Assembly: GCA_035289605.1 (NCBI GenBank)
Contig: DATDWR010000020.1
Span: 10,921 to 74,920, forward strand
Length of the DNA: 64,000 nt
Origin: Candidatus Nanoarchaeia archaeon
Lineage (GTDB): Archaea; Nanobdellota; Nanobdellia; SCGC-AAA011-G17; GW2011-AR18
Direction: 5' to 3'
Positions within the stretch are counted from its first letter, which is position 1. The number at the start of each line of letters is the position of its first letter. Under the pieces are notes generated by a model, which saw nothing but the letters and a program-made list of their open reading frames with translations, was not told where the DNA came from and ran no database searches. Below, piece by piece: positions 1 through 9,201 of this stretch. The position numbers were made by a program, and so were the translations under genes.

Positions 1-156
1 ATTTATGAAACTACATGCAAAGTTCAAGCCATTTCCAAAAATAGAAATATCCCCGCAACAAACTAACATCTCTGGTTTTTCTTTCAATGCCTTTTTCTTT
101 ATAGAATCCAAGTCCTTAACATCTGCATGAGTATCAGTGAATGCCAGCAATTTCAT
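1..156 (-). CDS. metallophosphoesterase (calcineurin-like), N-terminal part; gene runs off left edge
   Basis: Own minus-strand translation from ATG at 156-154 gives MKLLAFTDTHADVKDLDSIKKKALKEKPEMLVCCGDISIFGNG. This shows the D-x-H and GD metallophosphatase motifs. Confidence 0.5.
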   Translation of the reverse strand, partial: MKLLAFTDTHADVKDLDSIKKKALKEKPEMLVCCGDISIFGNGLNFACSFIN

Positions 157-467
157 AATTAAATAAAAATAAAATAGATAATAAAACTTACTCTTCCAAC
201 TCCAGATAACCAGTCAAAAATGCTTCTTCTTCCAGGGATATCTCATCATTCATCAGCATGTCATCCACCCATCTTCTCAATTTCTTTTTACCACTCATCT
301 TATCCGATGCCTAATCTTAATGTCTTTGTTTATTGGAAGCCTTTTCAACTGTACGCTAAATAACCTAGATATTTGTTCAAGTTCAAGGTCTATTGGCAGC
401 ATCTTTAACACCTCCAAAGTATATGCTGGCAGAATTCTATATAAACCTGGCGCGAGCGTTTGTCGTG

Positions 468-480
468 TCCAGTGGAGAAA
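468..480 (+). promoter_or_regulatory. ORB-like (origin recognition box core-like) sequence TCCAGTGGAGAAA
   Basis: It lies in the ~240 bp non-coding gap just downstream of orc1/cdc6. It resembles the TCCAGTGGAAA-type core of archaeal ORB elements as I remember them. Only one copy was found. Confidence 0.3.
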
Positions 481-542
481 TGGCAGAATTTTAGGACTAA
501 ATCAAATGTTTTAATCTTTCACCTAAGAGAACTAACTCTTTA

Positions 543-1601
543 TTAATAATCCTCAAGAGACCTCTGATTAAACTCAACAACAGTAGATCTCCCTTCCCTT
601 CCCTTGTTAAATTCTTTTAATACAACAAGATTAATTTTCTCTAAGTCCTTTATCTTCCTCTGGAATGTCCTATAGCTTTTTCCAGATTTTATTTCATACT
701 CCTTAAATATTTCAGATGTTGTCCTGCCAGAATTATTCTTTATAAGCTCTATAAATTCAGGATCATTTTCAATTGATGGAATTACATTACTCAAAGACAA
801 TCTCTCCATGGCCTCAATTGAGTGTTCCTTAATTATTTTCCTAGAGCTTTTTGATTCTGCAATCTCCCCAGACTCCTTAAGCAGAAATAAACCAACTCTA
901 AGATCTTTCATGCCAAAAGCCTTAGCAATTATAATATCAAAACATTCCTCATCAAAAACACCCTTCACAAAGGCATATTCTGCTCTTTCTTTTATAATCT
1001 GCTCTGTTTCAGAAAGAGAATAAGGGCGGAACTCTAAAATTTCTGGCAATAACCTGGATTTTATCCTTGGCTCCAAAGCAGCCAAAAAATTATTATTGTT
1101 TGTAATCATAATGACTGTCTTTCTAAAAATATCCTCAAGAACAGAATACAAAATAGAATTGTCAGAAAGCTTATCAATTTCATCCAATACCAGAACTAAT
1201 GACTTTTCATTTATAATCTGAGAAACATCCCTCATCAGAACATCAAAACTTTTATTGTGAATCCATTTATAACCAACTTGCATGCATATCTCATTTAATA
1301 CTTTAAATGAACTTTCTTTTTTCCAGCAGTTAACATAAACACAGAAAATATCATTTGTCTCTGCTTTTAATTCACTAATTACATGAGTTGTTGCCAAGGT
1401 CTTTCCAATTCCAGGAGATCCTTTAATCAGAAGATTCTTTCCGTTCCTTCTACTAAGCATGGGCTTGATGCATTCTGCAATATACTTCTGCTCATTTTCC
1501 CTAAATCTTATTATTGGAGGAGTGAAGTCAATATCCAAAAACTGAGGATTGAGAAACAACGACTCATCTGCCCTCAACATATCCTTAAACAAATCTACCA
1601 T
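543..1601 (-). CDS. cdc6: Orc1/Cdc6 replication initiator (AAA+ ATPase with C-terminal winged helix)
   Basis: Walker A GSPGIGKT and Walker B LVLVLDEID are present. Length and the C-terminal wHTH-like tail are typical of archaeal Orc1/Cdc6. Confidence 0.9.
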   Translation of the reverse strand: MVDLFKDMLRADESLFLNPQFLDIDFTPPIIRFRENEQKYIAECIKPMLSRRNGKNLLIKGSPGIGKTLATTHVISELKAETNDIFCVYVNCWKKESSFKVLNEICMQVGYKWIHNKSFDVLMRDVSQIINEKSLVLVLDEIDKLSDNSILYSVLEDIFRKTVIMITNNNNFLAALEPRIKSRLLPEILEFRPYSLSETEQIIKERAEYAFVKGVFDEECFDIIIAKAFGMKDLRVGLFLLKESGEIAESKSSRKIIKEHSIEAMERLSLSNVIPSIENDPEFIELIKNNSGRTTSEIFKEYEIKSGKSYRTFQRKIKDLEKINLVVLKEFNKGREGRSTVVEFNQRSLEDY

Positions 1602-1647
1602 AAACTAGAACTAGTATTTAGCCTTTTAATAATTTATGTTCTTAACT

Positions 1648-2004
1648 TTATATCTCTTTTATTCCGTCCTTAGTCAATGCAACAAACCTTATGCCAAGAC
1701 CTAACTTAAGAACAGCTCCTAATAAAGCCATGTGTTCCTTTCCTGAACCTGAAACAATATTAAGAGAAACCTCAGTATCACTAATTTTACCTTGCAAAGC
1801 ATTTTTTATATCATCCCTCAAATCTTCCAGTCCTTTATTTTCATCTATAACAATCATCTCAGCATTTTTAACATTAGAAAAATTCTCCTTTCCGAACATG
1901 TTTGTTATAAGAAATATTTTGTCCCAATCGGAATCCTGAATCAATCTAGAAACATGACCCCAAGTTCCCTTTCCTGAAGACAAGCAAGCTACTAAAGTTG
2001 GCAT
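1648..2004 (-). CDS. hypothetical small alpha/beta protein
   Basis: 118-aa ORF with good coding appearance and no motif I can name. Confidence 0.45.
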   Translation of the reverse strand: MPTLVACLSSGKGTWGHVSRLIQDSDWDKIFLITNMFGKENFSNVKNAEMIVIDENKGLEDLRDDIKNALQGKISDTEVSLNIVSGSGKEHMALLGAVLKLGLGIRFVALTKDGIKEI

Positions 2005-2036
2005 AATAAAATAAAAAATAGATTATTTATAAATAT

Positions 2037-2330
2037 TTAGTTATCACTATTTCTAGGAATACAGTTTTTATAATAGAAGTTTTCTGCTACTTCTTTAGTT
2101 CTATAATCATACCAATGACAATATCTTCCTTTTCCCAAAGAAATATCCTGAGAGACAAAACATGCTACTGCTCTGCCGTTTAAAGTTTGTTGAGTTTCAG
2201 GATTTAATTCTGCTTCAAGAGATTTTCTTATACGCATTGGGTTCTCAATTAAAAAATGACCATACCACCCTAATGCGCTTCCCACTCCCACTATAATACT
2301 TAAGCCAAGTACATAATATTTTATTCTCAT
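2037..2330 (-). CDS. hypothetical membrane-anchored protein
   Basis: N-terminal hydrophobic helix (YYVLGLSIIVGVGSALGWYG). Its start abuts the tfb stop. Confidence 0.45.
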   Translation of the reverse strand: MRIKYYVLGLSIIVGVGSALGWYGHFLIENPMRIRKSLEAELNPETQQTLNGRAVACFVSQDISLGKGRYCHWYDYRTKEVAENFYYKNCIPRNSDN

Positions 2331-3274
2331 TATCCTACTTCTTCAGCTTCAATTTCTTTCAACAACTTTTTCTTTAACTTATCCTTAAGATTAAGCTCTT
2401 TCAATAACTCCTTGTATCTGTTTCTTATTGTTACTTCAGTTACGCCAGCAACATCAGCAACTTCTCTCTGGGTTCTCTTCTCATTATTCATCAAAGCTGC
2501 AACATACAAAGAAGCTGCAGCTATGCCTGTCGGTCCACGTCCAGATGTTAATTCTGCTTCTCTTGCTTTGTTCAAAATCTCAACAGCCTTACTTTGAGTT
2601 TCAGCTGACAATTTCAAAGCAGAAACAAACCTAGGCAAATAATCAGTAGGATTGCTAGGAAGTATCCTAATACCTAGTTCTCTTGTAATAAACCTATAAG
2701 TTCTACCTACTTCCTTTTTGTCAATACCAGAAGCCTCAGATAATTCATCTAAAGTTCTTGGAACTTCATGACGCCTGCAAGAAGCATACAATGAACCTGC
2801 AACAACAGATTCCATACTTCTACCTCTAACAAGGCCTCTCTGAACAGCCATAGTATAAATTCTAGCTGCCTCTTCCTCAACAGACTTTGGAAGCTTCAAA
2901 TAAGAACTTACTCTTTTTAACTCTGCTAAAGCTAATTTCAAGTTTCTTTCAATAGCAGTAGAAATTCTATGCTGCCATTTTCTTAATCTGAAGAATTTAT
3001 TTTTTCCCTTTGCGTTTAATTGATAAATATCTCCTTTTGCACCTATATCTGTTCCTAATCCACGGTCGAATTTTGTATAACTCATAGGAGCACCAGTTCT
3101 TCTCTTCTTAGAAGCCTGATCCTCGTTAAATTCTCTCCAGTCCTGGCCAAAGTCAATCATCTTTTCTTCAATAACAAGACCGCAATCTCTGCAAGTAGCC
3201 TCTCCCCTATCCTTTTGAATAAGAAGATTAGATCCGCCGCATTCAGGACATTTTTTAATGTATTCTGATGTCAT
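2330..3274 (-). CDS. tfb: transcription initiation factor TFB (TFIIB)
   Basis: N-terminal Zn ribbon CPECGG...CRDCG followed by two cyclin-like repeats, 314 aa. Confidence 0.92.
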   Translation of the reverse strand: MTSEYIKKCPECGGSNLLIQKDRGEATCRDCGLVIEEKMIDFGQDWREFNEDQASKKRRTGAPMSYTKFDRGLGTDIGAKGDIYQLNAKGKNKFFRLRKWQHRISTAIERNLKLALAELKRVSSYLKLPKSVEEEAARIYTMAVQRGLVRGRSMESVVAGSLYASCRRHEVPRTLDELSEASGIDKKEVGRTYRFITRELGIRILPSNPTDYLPRFVSALKLSAETQSKAVEILNKAREAELTSGRGPTGIAAASLYVAALMNNEKRTQREVADVAGVTEVTIRNRYKELLKELNLKDKLKKKLLKEIEAEEVG

Positions 3275-3434
3275 TTTCTCGACTACAAAACCCCCTGCAA
3301 TTAACTACCCCTCAATAACTTCATGATAAAGTTTATATATGAGTGTAATTTGGACTTTATAAATGTTCCTATAGCTTGCTGCGGGCTTTTTTATGAAGAA
3401 ATAAGCTTATAAAGAAAAATCAAATCCAGGATAT

Positions 3435-4031
3435 ATGATAAAACACCTATTATTAATGATTATATTATGCAGCTCCATAGTATTAGCATACAATCCTTAT
3501 GATCCATTTACTCAAGTTGATTATGGGCAGAATATAACACTAAAATTATATCCTTCTTCAAGACAAAACATCAAAATCCATGAAGGAAGCGCTGTACAAT
3601 TCAGCGTTTACACCCCTGAAGACGCCATAAGATCCTATAATAATATAATAATAAAGGAAATAGGACAAGAAGAAACAATGACACTCCTCTCTGCAAAAGG
3701 GAGAAAATATGAAGAGATAAATTTAAAACTAGGACAAGACTACAAAGTAGACTTCAATGGAAGCATACCTTTCATGTTCATAAAAGAAGACACGCTACAC
3801 TATGAAGAAAATCCAAGAAATAGGTACATTGTATTATATTTCAATGTCCCACAATTTCAAGTGAAAAAAGCAGACTTGCCAACAGGAGATATTGTTATAG
3901 ACTTGCAAGATGTAGAAGGAATAGGCGGCAGAAAAAAAATATTCACACCAATAAGAATAATACTAATAGGATTGGGATTGTTAGCAATAATAGGAACATT
4001 CTTTTTATTCAGGAAATTAGAACAGCATTAA
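3435..4031 (+). CDS. hypothetical secreted protein with C-terminal membrane anchor
   Basis: N-terminal signal-like helix and a C-terminal TM (IILIGLGLLAIIGTFFLF) followed by basic residues. Confidence 0.5.
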   Translation: MIKHLLLMIILCSSIVLAYNPYDPFTQVDYGQNITLKLYPSSRQNIKIHEGSAVQFSVYTPEDAIRSYNNIIIKEIGQEETMTLLSAKGRKYEEINLKLGQDYKVDFNGSIPFMFIKEDTLHYEENPRNRYIVLYFNVPQFQVKKADLPTGDIVIDLQDVEGIGGRKKIFTPIRIILIGLGLLAIIGTFFLFRKLEQH

Positions 4032-4389
4032 GCGAGCCTTCCCTGCCAGGCCTGGAAGTTATCTTAACCTTCCCAAGCTTAGTCTCTACAATAGTACCTC
4101 TAGTTATAATATTCCTTCTGACAAAATGCCTATTAGCAGGACTATCAACAACAGTAACAAGCTCTGTTTTCTGGCACTTTCTTGTTTTAGGGTTTAAAAC
4201 ATTAACAATATTAGAAGACAAAAGGAAAGTATTAACATGGCCTCCCCTAGTTCTTCTCTGCTTAGCAGACAATGCACCAAGACCTGTAAAAGCAGGCAAA
4301 GAACCCTTGTTGTGCTTCTTCTTATTAGAAAAGGCCCTGTATCTTCCGCCTGTAACTTTTCTTAAAGAACGCTTTTGAGATATTGCCAT
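4009..4389 (-). CDS. rps8e: 30S ribosomal protein S8e
   Basis: MAISQKRSLRKVTGGRYRAF... is a typical eS8 N-terminus; 126 aa. Confidence 0.9.
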   Translation of the reverse strand: MAISQKRSLRKVTGGRYRAFSNKKKHNKGSLPAFTGLGALSAKQRRTRGGHVNTFLLSSNIVNVLNPKTRKCQKTELVTVVDSPANRHFVRRNIITRGTIVETKLGKVKITSRPGREGSLNAVLIS

Positions 4390-4497
4390 ACAAAAAAGGA
4401 TTAGCCTGTGATTTATAAATTTTTTTAAAGGAAAACTATCTAAGTTTTATTCAACACTTGAAGGAATACAACAGGAAACTTTAAATACGAAAACCAA

Positions 4498-4731
4498 GTG
4501 CCTACTCGCATGGAATTAAGGCCATTAGATACTTTAAATGAAGCAAGAGGAAAAAACGTAATAGTAGAGTTGAAGAATAACAAGCAGCTAATAGGCAAAC
4601 TAAAGTCATTTGATATACATATCAATACAGTTTTAGAAAGCTGCGAAGAAAAAATAGACGGAGAAACAAGAAGAAAACTAGGAACAGTCTTCATAAGAGG
4701 GGACACAATAATCTTTATATCAACAGCATAA
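4498..4731 (+). CDS. Sm-like (LSm) archaeal protein
   Basis: Sm1/Sm2 pattern: RPLDTLNEARGKNVIVELKNNKQLIGKLKSFDIHINTVLE...FIRGDTIIFIS. It lies upstream of L37e, as in many archaea. Confidence 0.85.
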   Translation: MPTRMELRPLDTLNEARGKNVIVELKNNKQLIGKLKSFDIHINTVLESCEEKIDGETRRKLGTVFIRGDTIIFISTA

Positions 4732-4744
4732 GGAGTTCTAAACA

Positions 4745-4945
4745 ATGACAAAGGGAACAGCGTCCATGGGCAAGAAGTCTGGAAGAAGAAACCTTGTCCA
4801 GAGATGCAGAAGATGCGGAAAAAGAAGCTACCATGTGAGAAACAAGACGTGTGCAAGCTGCGGATACGGAAAAACATCAAAATTAAGAAGATACAACTGG
4901 CAAAACAAGAGAAGAGGAAAAACTGTTGTAAGATATAGACTATGA
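4745..4945 (+). CDS. rpl37e: 50S ribosomal protein L37e
   Basis: MTKGTASMGKKSGRRNLVQRCRRCGKRSYHVRNKTCASCGYG carries the zinc-ribbon eL37 signature. Confidence 0.9.
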   Translation: MTKGTASMGKKSGRRNLVQRCRRCGKRSYHVRNKTCASCGYGKTSKLRRYNWQNKRRGKTVVRYRL

Positions 4946-5092
4946 AACCCTTACCTAAAATTTTTGAAACAAAACATACTAATCTATAGATAATAAATTC
5001 TGAAAACACAAAACTAAGAAGATTCAATAAAGCAGACAAACTGATTAAAAAAGTTCATGATAGTTTGAACAAACAGGAATATAAATAGAGCA

Positions 5093-5452
5093 TTATTTCT
5101 TTTTCTTACTGAAACAAACCCATTCCTGATTGAACCTGCGCTTTTCATCAGCCAATTCCTGGAAATTCCTTTTCAATCTCCAAAGAGCAATGCATATGAA
5201 AATACTGAATACTACTGGAAGAAAAGGTCTGTCGATCACAACCAAAAAATCAGATAAACCTTCTAATTTAAAGATTATATCTAAAAGACCAAGAATTCTG
5301 CGGAAAACTGTCAATAGAAGAGCAAGAGCTATAAGACGCCAAGGCCATGAAAACTTGTTACAGCTATACATTATATAAGCATAATATGTTGCAAGAACTG
5401 CTGTTATTAATGCTATAACTTGTAATAATAATGCCAGTATATCCATCTTCAC
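5093..5452 (-). CDS. hypothetical membrane protein (about 3 TM)
   Basis: Hydrophobic segments run throughout the 119-aa ORF. Confidence 0.45.
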   Translation of the reverse strand: MKMDILALLLQVIALITAVLATYYAYIMYSCNKFSWPWRLIALALLLTVFRRILGLLDIIFKLEGLSDFLVVIDRPFLPVVFSIFICIALWRLKRNFQELADEKRRFNQEWVCFSKKKK

Positions 5453-5547
5453 CTCTTTATTATAATCTACTTAGAATTATTATATATAACACTTTCTAAT
5501 TTTTCAATAAAAAGTATTATAAATTAAGCATTGTGTATAAATATTAT

Positions 5548-5787
5548 GCGGGGATGCCGGAGAACTCACAGAGGTTCGTGCTCCTACAAACTTCGTGTGT
5601 ACGGAGTGGCCAAACGGGCTAGAAGTAAAATTTACTGGCTTAGCTTAGGTTATTTCATAGGTGTTCTGAGCTTAACAGCTATGATATAAAAGACACCTAG
5701 TGGCTTAGTGCCTACGCAGGTTCGAAAGGAATCCTTTTAAAAAAAGCATTCATGGAAAAAGGATTAACGAAAGTCCTGTTCCCCGCA
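5548..5787 (+). tRNA. tRNA gene interrupted by multiple insertions (240 nt; isotype unresolved)
   Basis: The 5' GCGGGGA pairs perfectly with TCCCCGC at 5780-5786, followed by A73. The D-arm pieces GCCGGAG...TGGCCAAACGG are split by ~43 nt. The T arm GCAGG-TTCGAA / T-CCTGT is split by a ~47-nt hairpin-forming insert. Further extra sequence lies in the anticodon/variable region. Confidence 0.7.
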
Positions 5788-5790
5788 TTA
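5777..5790 (+). repeat. candidate attL core TGTTCCCCGCATTA (overlaps tRNA 3' end)
   Basis: Exact 14-mer, also present at 24118-24131 in the same orientation. Confidence 0.6.
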
Positions 5791-5860
5791 ACCCTTCGGG
5801 GTATTGCGTTTTCTGTCCGACAAAAATTTATATGCCAAATCGTCTTAGGAGAAGATAAAC

Positions 5861-7204
5861 ATGGCAGAAAACGACATATACAACAGTCAGGGAAAATATG
5901 AGAAATTTAAGAAAACCCTTAATCTACTAACAATAAAACCAAAAACAGAGAGCACCAGAAAACAATACTATTGCAAAAACAAAGCAAACCTAGAATACTT
6001 CAAAAGAATTTTCGCAGTATTTGAAGCAAAAGATACCAGCTACATAAGAAGACTAAGACTATTACAAACATTCAAGCTAATAAGCTACGCAACAGAAAAA
6101 AATCTAGCAGAATGTGACAGAAATGACATAGGAAAAATTGTAGGATTAATGCACCAGCACTACATAAGCCCAAAAAGCAAACAAGATTTCATAAGAGACC
6201 TAAAATATCTATGGAGAACATTATTCCCCGAAGTAGATGAAAGAGGAAGACCAGACGAAACAATAATGCCCTATGTCGTAAGGCATCTTTCAGCAACAAT
6301 AGACAAAAGTAGAGAGAAACTAAGAAACGACAGACTAACATGGGAAGAATTCGAAAAAATACTAAATTATTTTAATAGCGATACAAGAATGCAAGCTTAC
6401 TTATTTCTAGCTTTAGAAAGTTTAGGAAGACCACAAGAATTATTATACATTAAAGTAAGAGACGTAGAATTATACGACAACTATGCAAAAATCTACATAA
6501 GCGAACATGGAAAGGAAGGAACAGGATTCCTACAATGCATAGACTCATTCCCATACGTAAGCAAATGGTATAACGAACACCCATTCAAGAACAACAAAGA
6601 TACATTATTCTTCATAAACCTAGAAGGATCAACAGGAAGATACGAACAAATCAAGCCCAAAAATATCAATAAAGTATTAAAAACAGCATGCGAAAGACTA
6701 GAAATAAAGAAAAGAATAACTGCTTACAGTCTAAAAAGAAACGGAGTAACCTTCAGAAGACTAAGAGGAGACTCCGATGTTGAAATACAACACGCAGCAA
6801 GATGGACTTCAACTAAACAACTTAAAACATACGACATGAGCAATCAGGAAGACGCATTCAAAATGGAACTCGTAAAAAGAGGAATAATAAATAGCAAAGA
6901 TACAAAATTAGAACATTTAAAGCCAAGAATTAAAATGTGCCTATTCTGCAACACTAATAACAAACTAACAAACGAAGTATGTTCTAATTGTTCGAGACCA
7001 TTAGACCGAGAAAAAATAAGAGAACAAGAAAAGCTGAAGGAAAAATCTTACATTGAATTAAGAGAAGAATTAAATGCTATAAAATCTGAAGAAAATAAGA
7101 AAAGTTTAGAAGTTGTAAACAATTTCTTTCAACATAAAGAAATGCAAGACTTATTAAAAGCAGTTTATAAACTTCAGAAAGAAATGGATTTAATCAAAAG
7201 ATAA
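5861..7204 (+). CDS. tyrosine recombinase / phage-type integrase with C-terminal Zn ribbon
   Basis: Box I-like LESLGRPQELL, box II-like region ...QHAARWTSTKQLKTYD with the terminal catalytic Tyr context, and C-terminal CLFCN...CSNC. The gene starts ~70 nt after the tRNA. Confidence 0.85.
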   Translation: MAENDIYNSQGKYEKFKKTLNLLTIKPKTESTRKQYYCKNKANLEYFKRIFAVFEAKDTSYIRRLRLLQTFKLISYATEKNLAECDRNDIGKIVGLMHQHYISPKSKQDFIRDLKYLWRTLFPEVDERGRPDETIMPYVVRHLSATIDKSREKLRNDRLTWEEFEKILNYFNSDTRMQAYLFLALESLGRPQELLYIKVRDVELYDNYAKIYISEHGKEGTGFLQCIDSFPYVSKWYNEHPFKNNKDTLFFINLEGSTGRYEQIKPKNINKVLKTACERLEIKKRITAYSLKRNGVTFRRLRGDSDVEIQHAARWTSTKQLKTYDMSNQEDAFKMELVKRGIINSKDTKLEHLKPRIKMCLFCNTNNKLTNEVCSNCSRPLDREKIREQEKLKEKSYIELREELNAIKSEENKKSLEVVNNFFQHKEMQDLLKAVYKLQKEMDLIKR

Positions 7205-7372
7205 ATTTTCTTTTCCTTTATTTTTAATAAACCATTTTATAATATCCCGCAGTGTTACTGATAATTCATTATTTCCAGAAATATCTTCTAATTGACTAAA
7301 AGTATTGTTATCTATTCTAAAACTTAATTTTACTTTCTTTCTTTCATCCAACTTTCTATATTTTATAGTCAT
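7190..7372 (-). CDS. small ribbon-helix-helix-like DNA-binding protein (candidate excisionase or regulator)
   Basis: 60 aa with a beta-strand-then-helices pattern (KVKLSFRIDNNTFSQLEDIS...LRDIIKWF). Its start overlaps the stop of an upstream 38-aa ORF (ATGA). Confidence 0.35.
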   Translation of the reverse strand: MTIKYRKLDERKKVKLSFRIDNNTFSQLEDISGNNELSVTLRDIIKWFIKNKGKENLSFD

Positions 7373-7485
7373 TTTTTTAATGCTTGTAATTCAGCCTCAG
7401 CCTCTTCAATAGTCTTCCTAATATTATTCAATAATCTTGAATAGATATCTTCGATATCTTGCTCAGAAAATTTATTTTTACTCAT
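7369..7485 (-). CDS. 38-aa coiled-coil-like small ORF, translationally coupled to the RHH-like gene
   Basis: Own translation: MSKNKFSEQDIEDIYSRLLNNIRKTIEEAEAELQALKK. It is below the ORF-track size cut-off. Confidence 0.2.
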   Translation of the reverse strand: MSKNKFSEQDIEDIYSRLLNNIRKTIEEAEAELQALKK

Positions 7486-7508
7486 TTCTTAATACCTCTT
7501 TTAAGTAA

Positions 7509-7808
7509 TTCATTTTTAATAGACATATTGATAAAGAAGAAATTACAGTAATTATAGATCAAGAGGCTTATGATAAAGATAATGTTATTGAAATAGAGAA
7601 AGACTGGAAAATAATTACTCTAAACATAATATTTCCTATGGATGTTGTTGGAGTTACAGCAAAAATTAGCGGAGCACTAGCAAAAGAAGGAATAAGTATA
7701 ATGCCAATAGCAGCATTTTCCAAAGATCATTTCTTGATCAAAGATAAAGATTTAGATAAGGCAGTAAAAGTTTTAGAAAAAATTGGAGTAAGTGTAAATA
7801 ATAAGTAG
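7509..7808 (+). pseudogene. ACT-domain protein fragment (N-terminally truncated)
   Basis: The frame is open from 7509 with no ATG until 7638. Translation ...WKIITLNIIFPMDVVGVTAKISGALAKEGISIMPIAAFSKDHFLIKDKDLDKAVKVLEKIG looks like the C-terminal half of a small ACT-domain protein. Confidence 0.4.
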
Positions 7809-7814
7809 AAGAGT

Positions 7815-8477
7815 TTATTTTTTTAACTTGCAAATATATCCTATGCCTGCTTTTTTGATTTCTAGCGTTTTTAGTTTTGTTTTTTTGAATATTTCTTGTA
7901 GTTCTTGTTTTGAGAATTGTTCTGATGCGTTTTCTCCTTCTTTCTCTCCAGCAAAAAATACTGTTGTTCCTTTGATTTCTTGTATTGGTGTTTTTATTTT
8001 TTTATATAATTTCATTCTTTCTTCAAAAGCATCTTCGGAATAAACACTTATTATAATAAATCCATTATTTTTGACTACCCTTTTCATTTCTTCCAAAGCT
8101 TTGAACTTATAATTATAGAAGTTTGCAAAAGTCCCAATACACAAAACAAAATCAAAATAATTATCTTCAAATGGTATACTTCTAACGTCAGCCAGTAAAA
8201 ACTTTAGTTCAGGATAAGATTTAAAATTCTCTTTAGCATCTTTAACTGCCTTAGCTTCATTATCTATACCTATTAAATTTTTTGTCTTGTTTAATAATTT
8301 TAGCAATACTCTGCCATTTCCACAACCTACTTCTAGGACTTTTGAATCTTGTGTTATTAGATTATTAAGATATTTTTCTTCTTCATCAAACCATTTCCTG
8401 TAGGACTCTGGCATATCTTTCAGTACTTTTTCCCAAAAAGAAATATTCTTCATTGTCATTATTTTGCTAGTCTCCAT
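7815..8477 (-). CDS. class I SAM-dependent methyltransferase
   Basis: Motif I VLEVGCGNGR plus downstream acidic-loop pattern. It overlaps the upstream TrmB gene by 19 nt. Confidence 0.8.
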   Translation of the reverse strand: METSKIMTMKNISFWEKVLKDMPESYRKWFDEEEKYLNNLITQDSKVLEVGCGNGRVLLKLLNKTKNLIGIDNEAKAVKDAKENFKSYPELKFLLADVRSIPFEDNYFDFVLCIGTFANFYNYKFKALEEMKRVVKNNGFIIISVYSEDAFEERMKLYKKIKTPIQEIKGTTVFFAGEKEGENASEQFSKQELQEIFKKTKLKTLEIKKAGIGYICKLKK

Positions 8478-9199
8478 AGCTCTTCAAAATATCTCTTTTG
8501 GTTTTCTGCCATTTCTTCATCTTCTATCATTACTGCAAATGGCTCTTTAGTCCAAGATTGTAGAACTACTTTATTTCCATAAATTAATGTGGCTGTAGGC
8601 GATTCTAGTTCTATCGGCATAAATTTGTATTCTGTAAGTTTTAATGATTCTGTCCTTGTTTCTACTTTATTTCTGGCTTGTTGTGTGTTGTTATAAAGTA
8701 TTTTCATTACTACTTTTTGTTTTATTCTTTTTTTATGCCATTCCTCCATAAATGCGGGTATTACCTCAAATGATGATCTTGAGCTGCCGTATGCCAAAAA
8801 TTCTTTTACTTTTGATCTTAATATATTGTTCATTACAGTTTTCATTCCCTCTTTTCCTTCAAAGATTTCTACTTTTGGTCTTTTTATTCCTTTTAGTTTA
8901 TGTAATTTTTCAAGTTGAGACATAACTTTATTAATACTCTCTTGTTTTTCTTTTAATATTCTAATTAATTCTTTTGGATCTGCAGCCCGGAAGAATTTTT
9001 TATTGGTCTTTATTGCATAAGAAATCAATCCTAAATCAATTAATCTTTCTAATATATCGTAAACTAATGTTCTTGGAAGATTTGCTTTCAATGATATTTC
9101 GCTTGCTAAAGAATCTCCTAGTTCTAGACATGCTAAATAGGCTTCTGATTCTTTTTTCGATAATCCGAATTTCTCTAAGCTTTCTATTAATTCATTCAT
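8459..9199 (-). CDS. TrmB-family transcriptional regulator (paralog 1)
   Basis: N-terminal wHTH FGLSKKESEAYLACLELGDSLASEISLKANLPRTLVYDILERLIDLGLISY plus a TrmB-type C-terminal domain. Confidence 0.8.
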   Translation of the reverse strand: MNELIESLEKFGLSKKESEAYLACLELGDSLASEISLKANLPRTLVYDILERLIDLGLISYAIKTNKKFFRAADPKELIRILKEKQESINKVMSQLEKLHKLKGIKRPKVEIFEGKEGMKTVMNNILRSKVKEFLAYGSSRSSFEVIPAFMEEWHKKRIKQKVVMKILYNNTQQARNKVETRTESLKLTEYKFMPIELESPTATLIYGNKVVLQSWTKEPFAVMIEDEEMAENQKRYFEELWRLAK

Positions 9200-9201
9200 G
9201 T

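Noticed and set aside
320-514. 64-aa plus-strand ORF downstream of cdc6
   Set aside because: It has no motif and odd composition, and it lies in a gap better explained as non-coding, possibly origin-proximal.
4440-5039. 199-aa minus-strand ORF
   Set aside because: It is antisense to the well-supported LSm and L37e genes. The protein is low-complexity and Phe/Leu/Ser-rich, typical of shadow frames in AT-rich DNA.
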